A DNA stretch of 24,000 bases from Acutalibacteraceae bacterium. GTDB taxonomy: Bacteria > Bacillota > Clostridia > Oscillospirales > Acutalibacteraceae. The stretch is from contig JAZRQQ010000120.1 of the NCBI GenBank assembly GCA_045649935.1, forward strand, positions 1 through 24,000, in the 5' to 3' direction. Positions 1-6,659 of the stretch are shown here, one piece after another; within the stretch, counting starts at the first letter, position 1, and each line of letters begins with the position of its first letter. The notes below the pieces were generated by a model. That model was not told the DNA's origin. It made no database searches and was given only the letters and a program-made list of their open reading frames with translations. The position numbers and the translations under genes were made by a program.

Positions 1-27
1 TGCCGCTATTTTTTTATTATGATGAAA

Positions 28-125
28 CAGGACTCGAAGTAGGAGCGGTAGTGAATGACAGTCCGGTGGACTGTCAGAGCCGCGAATGACCGAAGCGCGC
101 AGTTCGCGCAAGAGTCGAGTCCCTT
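28..125 (+). ncRNA. Unclassified GC-rich nested-helix element (possible 3' part of a structured RNA or leader; may be cut by the window edge)
   Basis: GGACTCGA 30-37 is the exact complement of TCGAGTCC 115-122. This pair encloses GCGG 45-48/CCGC 80-83, a perfect 9-bp hairpin TGACAGTCC-ggt-GGACTGTCA 56-76, and GCGCG-cagtt-CGCGC 95-109. The segment is locally GC-rich in AT-rich surroundings, and an intrinsic terminator follows at 138-169. No RNA family recognised. Confidence 0.25.
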
Positions 126-137
126 ACAGCACGCCAT

Positions 138-169
138 GAAAAAAGCACTTCTTCGGAAGTGCTTTTTTC
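138..169 (+). terminator. Rho-independent terminator (UUCG tetraloop)
   Basis: GCACTTC 145-151 / ttcg / GAAGTGC 156-162, flanked by an A-run upstream and TTTTTT 163-168 downstream. Confidence 0.85.
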
Positions 170-170
170 A

Positions 171-341
171 ATGAAATAAATCCCTTTCGGGATTTGTGAA
201 ATATGCTATCGCATATGAAATAGCTTACGCTATGAAATACACTGCGGTGTATAAGGGATTTATTTTATTTCACATTTTGCTATAAAGCAAAATATTTCAT
301 AATCTCCAAAGATTATTTCATATTGCGTAGCAATATTTCAT
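171..341. repeat. Array of 4 direct RTGAAATA boxes followed by 4 inverted TATTTCAY boxes, interleaved with short unrelated palindromes
   Basis: RTGAAATA occurs at 171, 196, 215 and 232; TATTTCAY occurs at 266, 293, 314 and 334. Between the boxes are mini-palindromes with 3-4 nt centres: AAATCCC-tttc-GGGATTT 177-194, ATATGC-tatc-GCATAT 201-216, TAGC-ttac-GCTA 221-232, ATACAC-tgcg-GTGTAT 237-252, ATTTTGCT-ataa-AGCAAAAT 274-293, AATCT-ccaa-AGATT 301-314, ATTGC-gta-GCAAT 322-334. Confidence 0.6.
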
Positions 342-347
342 TAAAGA

Positions 348-356
348 TGCTATAAT
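348..356 (+). promoter_or_regulatory. Extended -10 promoter element (TGcTATAAT) for the four-helix-bundle gene
   Basis: tgcTATAAT at 348-356, about 20 nt upstream of the RBS GAGGTGA (364-370). No good -35 seen. Confidence 0.4.
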
Positions 357-375
357 GCTCACTGAGGTGATTATA

Positions 376-726
376 ATGAAAGAAAACAAGCTTGTAGATT
401 TATCTATGGACTTTTCTGTAAAAATCATTAAGTTGTGCGAAACAATAAAATATCACCGTTCGCTGGTCAATCAATTAGAACGCGCTGCAACATCAATCGG
501 CGCTAATATCCACGAAGCAAACTACGCTCACGGAAAGCCGGATTTTATTGCAAAATTACAAATTGCTCTGAAAGAATGTTACGAAACTGAATACTGGATT
601 GAGCTCTTTGTAAAATCTGATATTATCAACAGAGATATTGCTGTCAGCTTATATAATCAGTGCGGTACAATCCGTCGCATCCTTATTTCATCCATAAATA
701 CTGCAAAAGCAAATCAGAACAAATAA
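376..726 (+). CDS. Four-helix-bundle protein (23S rRNA intervening-sequence protein / DGR Avd-like family)
   Basis: The ORF-track 355-726 frame is trimmed to ATG 376, which has RBS GAGGTGA 6 nt upstream. The sequence 'LERAATSIGANIHEA...FIAKLQIALKECYETEYWIEL' matches my recollection of the TIGR02436/PF05635 family signature. Confidence 0.8.
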   Translation: MKENKLVDLSMDFSVKIIKLCETIKYHRSLVNQLERAATSIGANIHEANYAHGKPDFIAKLQIALKECYETEYWIELFVKSDIINRDIAVSLYNQCGTIRRILISSINTAKANQNK

Positions 727-770
727 AAAGTAAAAGCAGTTATGCCGTCAATATTCAACAAAACAAACTA

Positions 771-796
771 ATCCCCGTCCGGTTACAGACGGGGAT
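771..796. terminator. Hairpin between the four-helix gene and the att repeat (likely the original tRNA-Thr terminator and/or the + strand gene terminator)
   Basis: ATCCCCGTC 771-779 / 8-nt loop / GACGGGGAT 788-796. A T-rich tract follows on the minus strand (ttagtttgttttg) and a weaker one on the plus strand (cattttc). Confidence 0.5.
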
Positions 797-803
797 CATT
801 TTC

Positions 804-849
804 TGGAGCTGGAAACGTGACTCGAACACGCGACCTGCGCATTACGAAT
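804..849 (-). repeat. attL: 46-bp duplicate of the tRNA-Thr 3' portion (anticodon loop to CCA)
   Basis: 804-849 is identical base for base to 9792-9837. The flanks diverge immediately on both sides. Confidence 0.95.
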
Positions 850-950
850 ACTAATTTCTATGAATTCGCGTTGTTTCATAAAGTGTCATTTTCTCCCGTC
901 ATATCTATATTTTCGGCACTTTTATCTTTCACGAGCTTTCACCAAATGTA

Positions 951-1005
951 AACGCCAAAACACCGAAACAAACGCCAAATAAACGCCAAGAAAAATTGTG
1001 CAAAA
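951..1005. repeat. Left-end arm-type repeats (AACGCCAA x3, TTGTGCAAAA)
   Basis: AACGCCAA at 951, 971 and 982. CGCCAAATAAACGCCAA 973-989 is identical to 9705-9721 at the other end. TTGTGCAAAA 996-1005 is the reverse complement of 9691-9700. Confidence 0.6.
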
Positions 1006-1108
1006 TTGTGAAAAATTTGGAATTTTTTGCAAAGGTAAAAATGCCTCTTCCCCTTATGCCGTCTAAGTTTATCGTTATTTTTATCTCTCAGAATGTAAAA
1101 AAGTTTTT

Positions 1109-1990
1109 TTAACAGCATTTTTGCTCTCTTTCGTTTCTTATTGCAACCACCTCAACAGAAGAAAGACCGCTGTTTTTGAAGCACCCTGCAGAATACTTAT
1201 AACTCACAGAATCATCATAGTGTTCTTCTTTCATTATCGCCTTGCGTAGCCGCCAATCTCTTCTTAAATCTCTTACCGCATTAGTTCTGAGTGTATATAC
1301 ATAATTCACAGATACATTCAAATCTTTCGCTGTATCAGAAAATGATTTATTCTCAAAATAAAAATCCGTTATTGCTTTCTTTTTCTGAGGGCTTAATTTA
1401 TCAACAGCTTTGTAAAGGCAACTCTGATAATACTCTTGTTCTTTATCTTCAGCTATATTACCCTCAATATCTTCATCTGATGGTATTGTTTCTTCCATAG
1501 ACAGCCCATCTGCATCTTTTATAGGCTCGTCAAATGATACCATCTTCATCCCTATAATTGCTATCTTTAAGTTTTCTAAGGTTGTTTGTGATATATTCAA
1601 TGCCCTCATATATTCGCTTTCATCAGGCTTTCTGCCATGTTTTTGAAAGTAATCTTGTTTGAATTGATAATATCTTCTGATTAACTCTTTGAACTCTGAG
1701 GGCATCTTTACAGGTACAGAAGAGCTGAAAGAATAAGCAGAGAGCCTCCATTTAAGTATTTTGCCGAAATAGGTTATGAATTTGACGTTTATATCCGTCT
1801 TGTAATTTTGTACAGCTTCATCAATAGCAATATAAGCCTCTTGCATTAAATCGTCTATTTCTGCAGTGTTTGAGTATTGAAGAGCAGTTTTGTATATAAA
1901 ACCTCTGTTTTGATTGTACAGTTGAGCCATATACTTGCTTTTATCCACCGGGCAACTTTTTATTTTTGTAATAAGCTCTTCATTAGTCAT
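1109..1990 (-). CDS. Sigma-70 family RNA polymerase sigma factor-like protein
   Basis: 293-aa ORF with RBS GAGGTGA upstream. It has a region-2-like segment 'DDLMQEAYIAIDEAVQNY' and a region-4-like HTH 'SFSDTAKDLNVSVNYVYTLRTNAVRDLRR', plus a ~45-aa C-terminal tail ending KCC. Confidence 0.7.
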   Translation of the reverse strand: MTNEELITKIKSCPVDKSKYMAQLYNQNRGFIYKTALQYSNTAEIDDLMQEAYIAIDEAVQNYKTDINVKFITYFGKILKWRLSAYSFSSSVPVKMPSEFKELIRRYYQFKQDYFQKHGRKPDESEYMRALNISQTTLENLKIAIIGMKMVSFDEPIKDADGLSMEETIPSDEDIEGNIAEDKEQEYYQSCLYKAVDKLSPQKKKAITDFYFENKSFSDTAKDLNVSVNYVYTLRTNAVRDLRRDWRLRKAIMKEEHYDDSVSYKYSAGCFKNSGLSSVEVVAIRNEREQKCC

Positions 1991-2069
1991 ATTTCATCAC
2001 CTCATACCCCCATTTTAAAGCCTAAATCTCACAAAGTAAATATCAAAGTCCAAAAATACGGACACCAAA

Positions 2070-2104
2070 AGACCGCTAACCTCACAAAAAAAGGAAAGCG
2101 GTCT
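2070..2104 (-). terminator. Hairpin directly after the integrase stop
   Basis: AGACCGCT 2070-2077 / AGCGGTCT 2097-2104 with a 19-nt loop. T-runs follow on both strands. The large loop lowers confidence. Confidence 0.4.
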
Positions 2105-2110
2105 GTTTTT

Positions 2111-3493
2111 TTATACTGTTTGTTTTCTGCCAAGAGTTAAAATATCTGCTATTGCTTCAGCTGCAGCTTCATCAGCCGACTTTATAGCGTGGGCATATAT
2201 TTTTGTGGTTGTGCTTGCATTGGTATGGCCGAGGCGGTGAGCAACCGTTGTAAGTGGAGTACCTGCGGCAATCTGCAGAGTGGCGTTTGTGTGTCTTAAT
2301 CCGTGTATGCTTATGCCCTCAATATTATGCTTCTGTTTAAATCTTCTGAATTTGCTTGTTAATGATGAGGGATTCAACGGCTCACCGTTCCAAGAGGTAA
2401 AGAGCCTGTTTGAATTTATCCACTTATCACCGAGCCTAAGCCTTTGTCCTGCTTGCCAGGTTCTCTGCTCTTTCAGTAAGTCAATAACTGCATCTGATAT
2501 TTTAAATGCTCTTTGCGAGCCTGCCGTTTTGGTTTCATCTTCGAAAACGCCCATTTCAGGCAGATATAAGGAATTACGGCGCACGTGTATGATTTTATTT
2601 TCAAGGTCTATATCAGACCATTCCAAGCCTAACAGTTCACCACGTCTTAAGCCTGTAAACATTAACAGTTCTATCATTACCCGGAACTGTACGCCCTCAT
2701 CCTGCAGACAATCAATTAAATTCTTTGCCTGCTCTTCATCAAGATACTTCGGCTCAGGCTTGCCGACTTTGGGCGGCTTTACTCTGTCGCAGGGATTAGA
2801 AAATATAATCTGCCATTGTACGGCCGTAGTCAGCATTGATGAAATGACATTGTGATAATAATGCACTGTTGATGAAGCTAATGTCTTGCCCTCATCGACA
2901 ATAGCAAACACATTCTCTATCGGCTCACACAAAGCACTACATATTGCGAGAGCTGTTTTTTCTGTTACATTCTGACCGTTTACAGCTGCAGATACTGTTC
3001 TTTCACCTATTCCGCCACATTCGGCAATACTGCTGAATGTAAGTTTTTTACGCTTTATGAGGGCACGCAGGTCACAACAGGCTTTATACTTCATATCCTC
3101 TCTGATACCCTTTTCAGCAAGGTTCTTATAAAAAGAGAGAAGGTGCTGAGGCTGTATTCTTTCGAGCTTCATATGTCCTATTGCGGCGTTTATTCTCGGC
3201 ATCATTGATTTATACCGCTTGTATGTGGTTGCCCTCAGATGCTCTTTTGCATAATCGTTAAACCATTGTTCGGCAAAATCAGCAAACTTAATAGATCCGT
3301 CAAGATAAGTACCGTTTCTCACCCTTTCTTCAAAGAGTACCGCTTGCCTTTTTACCTCTTTTTCTGCCTGTTTCAAAGTCATTGATGAGGGCGGCTTCCA
3401 GGTCATATATCGGCGTATCTGTTTACCGTTTATATCATAACCGGCTGAAACGGTTATTTTATACGTGTCATTCCGCTTCGTTATCGTTGGCAT
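2111..3493 (-). CDS. int: Tyrosine-type site-specific integrase
   Basis: Catalytic signature: 'TGLRRGELLGLEW' (Arg), 'HGLRHTNAT' (HxxR), 'HRLGHTNASTTTKIYAH' (His...Tyr). The N-terminus 'MPTITKRNDTYKITV' is typical of an arm-binding domain. The start is moved to the sixth codon, Met 3493; the alternative start is 3508. Confidence 0.9.
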   Translation of the reverse strand: MPTITKRNDTYKITVSAGYDINGKQIRRYMTWKPPSSMTLKQAEKEVKRQAVLFEERVRNGTYLDGSIKFADFAEQWFNDYAKEHLRATTYKRYKSMMPRINAAIGHMKLERIQPQHLLSFYKNLAEKGIREDMKYKACCDLRALIKRKKLTFSSIAECGGIGERTVSAAVNGQNVTEKTALAICSALCEPIENVFAIVDEGKTLASSTVHYYHNVISSMLTTAVQWQIIFSNPCDRVKPPKVGKPEPKYLDEEQAKNLIDCLQDEGVQFRVMIELLMFTGLRRGELLGLEWSDIDLENKIIHVRRNSLYLPEMGVFEDETKTAGSQRAFKISDAVIDLLKEQRTWQAGQRLRLGDKWINSNRLFTSWNGEPLNPSSLTSKFRRFKQKHNIEGISIHGLRHTNATLQIAAGTPLTTVAHRLGHTNASTTTKIYAHAIKSADEAAAEAIADILTLGRKQTV

Positions 3494-4370
3494 TTGAATC
3501 ACCTGCAATATTTACAAGATTTAAAAAACTCATCTTAACTTTTTCCTTTAAAGGATATAATTCTTCTTTTTCTTTGTCCGTTAAGTTAAAGTGTATGGTA
3601 GGATAGTCCGCTTTAAGACCATCTTTCGCCATAAGTTCACTTTTAAAGGAATCATAATCAAATATGAACTTTAATTTTTCTTCAGCTTTATCCCAATTTT
3701 TATAAACAGTCTCTGTGAAATTATCAATAATCATTTTTAAGTTTTCGGTTGCTTCGAAATATTGCAATCTAAAAGTTGGATATTTTTCAATTCTTGCGAT
3801 GGTCTCCATTGGAGATATATCGTTAAGCAATGCTTCATCAAATTTATTATAGATAGCTGTTGTGCGTTGTTCCATTTCATCGATATAACTCAAAATGAAA
3901 CAAACGGCATCAAAAAAACTATCTGAACTTAGAAAGTAATTAACAACTGATAGCTTTTTTAAAATCCACTCTCTTCTTTCATAAAACATTTCTTCTGTTA
4001 TAAAAAAATCATCAAATTCACAATCTTCTGCTTTTTCACTCAAAGGTTCTGCTATCGAATGTAATTTTTCAACAGCCTGTTCATTTAATCCTGTGTAATC
4101 TTCAATTTCGCGTATTATTTTGCCCTCTTCAGTAGCCATAGGCGTTTTATATTCGGATATGCCCAACAAATAATCTGCTGATACACCAAAATATCTTGCA
4201 TATTTAACAACATACTCTGCTGTAACCTCTCTTTTTCCGTTGTAATGTTTTGTTACCAAAGAAGTATCGCATTCTAATCGTCTTGCTATTTCTTCTCGTG
4301 TTTTGGTATCAATCAATTTTCTTAATCTTTCTAAATTTACACCGTTTTTTTCTATATTTTTGTCACTCAT
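3468..4370 (-). CDS. XRE-family HTH regulator with ~220-aa unknown acidic C-terminal domain (candidate master repressor)
   Basis: N-terminal HTH 'REEIARRLECDTSLVTKHYNGKREVTAEYVVKYARYFGVSADYLLG'. RBS GGGTGG. The gene is divergent from the HTH-xis-rep module and overlaps the integrase start, so co-transcription is likely. It is very AT-rich relative to its neighbours. Confidence 0.75.
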   Translation of the reverse strand: MSDKNIEKNGVNLERLRKLIDTKTREEIARRLECDTSLVTKHYNGKREVTAEYVVKYARYFGVSADYLLGISEYKTPMATEEGKIIREIEDYTGLNEQAVEKLHSIAEPLSEKAEDCEFDDFFITEEMFYERREWILKKLSVVNYFLSSDSFFDAVCFILSYIDEMEQRTTAIYNKFDEALLNDISPMETIARIEKYPTFRLQYFEATENLKMIIDNFTETVYKNWDKAEEKLKFIFDYDSFKSELMAKDGLKADYPTIHFNLTDKEKEELYPLKEKVKMSFLNLVNIAGDSNANDNEAE

Positions 4371-4395
4371 ATAGATTTAAACCACCCTTTCAATC

Positions 4396-4511
4396 AGTTT
4401 TGTCACAACTTTATCGTCAAAAGGACAAAACTCTTGATTTTTAGTTTTGTCACATATATAATTAAATTGTGACACATACAACAACACAAGTATATCATTA
4501 TGTGTTGTTGT
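4396..4511. promoter_or_regulatory. Divergent switch region with repeated operators
   Basis: AGTTTTGTCACA direct repeat at 4396-4407 and 4443-4454. Inverted partners are GACAAAACT 4424-4432 and TGTGACA 4468-4474. There is an 11-bp inverted repeat ACAACAACACA 4478-4488 / TGTGTTGTTGT 4501-4511. The region lies between divergent starts 4370 (-) and 4543 (+). Confidence 0.6.
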
Positions 4512-4542
4512 TGTCAATATTAAATTTAAGAGGTGTAAAACA

Positions 4543-4728
4543 ATGAATAATCAGGAAATCAGAATCAAAGCAAAAGAAAAGGGCGTTCGTCTTTGGCAAA
4601 TCGCTGAAAAACTTGGCGTGTGCGATATGACATTAACAAGAAAACTCCGTCACGAACTGCCCGTAGACGAAAAAACAAAGATACTTGCCATAATTGACAG
4701 TATCTCTGCAAACAGAAAGGCGGTTTAA
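4543..4728 (+). CDS. Small HTH DNA-binding protein (Cro-like candidate)
   Basis: 61 aa with RBS AAGAGGTG. HTH-like segment 'VRLWQIAEKLGVCDMTLTRKLR'. It is the first gene of the rightward module. Confidence 0.6.
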   Translation: MNNQEIRIKAKEKGVRLWQIAEKLGVCDMTLTRKLRHELPVDEKTKILAIIDSISANRKAV

Positions 4729-4729
4729 T

Positions 4730-4963
4730 ATGTCTGTGCCACGAATGAGAACTCTCCCGGAAGCATTTGCAGAGCTGAAAAAGGCTGACCCTGCAACGGC
4801 TTACACTCTGAGGGCATTAAGAGCAGCAGTAAATAAGGGTGAAATACCCGTTGTAAGAGTGGGCAATAAAAGGCTTATAAACCTTGACCGACTCTTTGAA
4901 ATACTGAATACGCCCTCATTAAGTCAAAAAGAAACTCATGAGGGCATAAGAAAAGTAATCTGA
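4730..4963 (+). CDS. xis: Excisionase-family / MerR-like HTH protein
   Basis: The start is moved to ATG 4730 (RBS AAAGG), 1 nt after the upstream stop. 'YTLRALRAAVNKGEIPVVRVGNKRLINLDRLFEIL' resembles excisionase-family DNA-binding domains common in Firmicutes elements. Confidence 0.6.
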   Translation: MSVPRMRTLPEAFAELKKADPATAYTLRALRAAVNKGEIPVVRVGNKRLINLDRLFEILNTPSLSQKETHEGIRKVI

Positions 4964-4979
4964 AATAAAAAAACGCCCC

Positions 4980-5077
4980 ACATAAGCTGCAACTTATGTA
5001 AGGCACGCCCTAAGGCGGTAAGCATGTGAGCATACATAGTATAACACAATAAAGTCTGTATGTCAAATTTACCGCCT
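4980..5077. promoter_or_regulatory. Hairpin cluster upstream of rep (candidate terminator plus origin/nick region)
   Basis: ACATAAG-ctgcaa-CTTATGT at 4980-4999. A 9-bp inverted repeat AGGCGGTAA 5013-5021 / TTACCGCCT 5069-5077 encloses CATACA / TGTATG. Confidence 0.35.
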
Positions 5078-5109
5078 AAATATGAGTATTCAGACGGAGA
5101 TTTGATGAA

Positions 5110-5844
5110 ATGCGAAAAAGAATAAAGAAAAGGACTTTTTCAGGCGTTGTATGTGAACAGGAAATATACAGCATATCTGACAGAGCAAAGAACGATATAA
5201 CAGCAAAGCCACGCTTAAGATTTAATACCGAAGAAGAGCGAGAAAAGCATAAATTAGGCATATCGAGACGTAACCACGCCCGTCTTGTCAATGAAAACTT
5301 TTCTCCCGGCTCTTTATACAGCACGCTTACCTTCGATAATGAAAACGAGGTACATACCTTTGACGAAGCAAAGCATATCAGAGATTTGTTTGTACGTCGA
5401 TTAAAGTATGCTTGCCCTGATGCCGTTATCTTCATATACCTGGGCAGAGGTAAAAATACACGGCGTATTCATGTACATATGCTTTCTGAGGGCGTATCTG
5501 CAGAGATAATCAATAAACAGTGGACATATGGCTCTATTGTTTCCGTTGAGAATCTGAGAGAGCATAACTTTTATAACGGTGTCGATTATGGCTGTGACTA
5601 TACAGGCCTTGCAAATTATCTCTTTGACCATTGGACACCTGAACAGGGCGGTCACCGATGGAAGCACACACGCAACGCAAGAACGCCCGAAAAGGAAGAT
5701 ATAGCCGAAGTTAAGCGCATATACAGCGAGAAAAGCCCACCGCAAGCCCCTAAAGGTTATAAATTGGTCGAAATCAAGTGTACCAAATACGGATATTTAT
5801 ACTTCAAGTATGTAAAAGAAGTGCAGAAAGTCACGCCCTCATAA
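5110..5844 (+). CDS. rep: HUH-superfamily rolling-circle replication initiator / relaxase-like protein
   Basis: Motif-1-like 'LYSTLTFD', HUH 'RRIHVHMLSEG' and a Tyr-rich motif-3 candidate 'DYTGLANYLFDH', in canonical order and spacing. Confidence 0.6.
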   Translation: MRKRIKKRTFSGVVCEQEIYSISDRAKNDITAKPRLRFNTEEEREKHKLGISRRNHARLVNENFSPGSLYSTLTFDNENEVHTFDEAKHIRDLFVRRLKYACPDAVIFIYLGRGKNTRRIHVHMLSEGVSAEIINKQWTYGSIVSVENLREHNFYNGVDYGCDYTGLANYLFDHWTPEQGGHRWKHTRNARTPEKEDIAEVKRIYSEKSPPQAPKGYKLVEIKCTKYGYLYFKYVKEVQKVTPS

Positions 5845-5954
5845 CCCTTAAAAGAATAATTCGAGCTGATTTTTATATCAGCTTTTACAAGACTTGAAAA
5901 TGTGTAAAGTTTTAGAACGAAACACAGCACAGAAAGTAAAAAGAGGTAAATACT

Positions 5955-6659
5955 ATGTATGATTTAATATCAGTTAATTATGATAATGACAGGCCGACAG
6001 TATCAGCAAGAGAATTACATCAGTTTTTGAATGTAAAAACATCATTTACAGACTGGTTTCCGAGAATGTGTGAATACGGTTTTGAAGAAGGAAAAGACTT
6101 TTACTCATTTTTGAGTGAAAGTACAGGCGGCAGACCTAAAACAGAGTATCAGCTGACAATTGAAATGTCAAAAGAGATTTGTATGCTGCAGAGAAGCCCT
6201 GAGGGCAAACAGGCAAGACAGTATTTTATTGAGCTTGAAAAGAAGTGGAACTCTCCCGAATCGGTTATGAGCAGAGCTTTGCAATTTGCGCAAAAACAGC
6301 TTGATTCTGTAAAAGCAGTTAATACTGCCCTCATAGAGGAAAACACCGTTATGAAACCAAAAGCTGAATATTATGACAACGTTATTGCTCACGGTAAGTC
6401 AGTTAATTTCACGGATGCCGCAAAGCTGATAGGTGTACCGAGAAACAGACTTATCAATGAACTTATGCAAGCAGGCTATACCTATCGTGACGGTTACGGA
6501 GATATAAGAGCATATCAGCGCAGTATTGACCAGGGATTATGTAAGCATAAGCAGTTTTATAGTGACAGAAACGGCCACAGCGGTATTCAGGTACTTATAA
6601 CACCAAAAGGCATAGAAAAGTTTATACAGCTTATGAGGGCGAATGTAGAATCGAACTGA
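5955..6659 (+). CDS. Phage antirepressor (AntA N-terminal domain + KilAC C-terminal domain)
   Basis: N-terminus 'TVSARELHQFLNVKTSFTDWFPRMCEYGFEEGKDF' is AntA-like. C-terminus 'AEYYDNVIAHGKSVNFTDAAKLIGVPRNRLINELMQAGY' is KilAC-like. RBS AGAGG. Confidence 0.8.
   Translation: MYDLISVNYDNDRPTVSARELHQFLNVKTSFTDWFPRMCEYGFEEGKDFYSFLSESTGGRPKTEYQLTIEMSKEICMLQRSPEGKQARQYFIELEKKWNSPESVMSRALQFAQKQLDSVKAVNTALIEENTVMKPKAEYYDNVIAHGKSVNFTDAAKLIGVPRNRLINELMQAGYTYRDGYGDIRAYQRSIDQGLCKHKQFYSDRNGHSGIQVLITPKGIEKFIQLMRANVESN

Noticed and set aside
1-89. 3' end of a DGR variable-region target gene (frame 3 open to TGA 87-89) upstream of the Avd-like gene
   Set aside because: Only 29 codons are visible, with no C-type-lectin-like terminal motif, no template repeat copy and no reverse transcriptase in the window. 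It is kept only as a speculative note.
660-854. 64-aa + strand ORF
   Set aside because: It is out of frame with and overlaps the four-helix gene, and it runs through a terminator hairpin and the attL tRNA fragment.
2280-2855. 191-aa + strand ORF
   Set aside because: It lies entirely antisense to the well-supported integrase CDS, has no RBS and has low-complexity Ser/Leu/Cys composition. It is a shadow ORF.
5076-5745. Two minus-strand ORFs (5076-5435, 5401-5745)
   Set aside because: Both are antisense to the HUH Rep CDS, which has ordered catalytic motifs.
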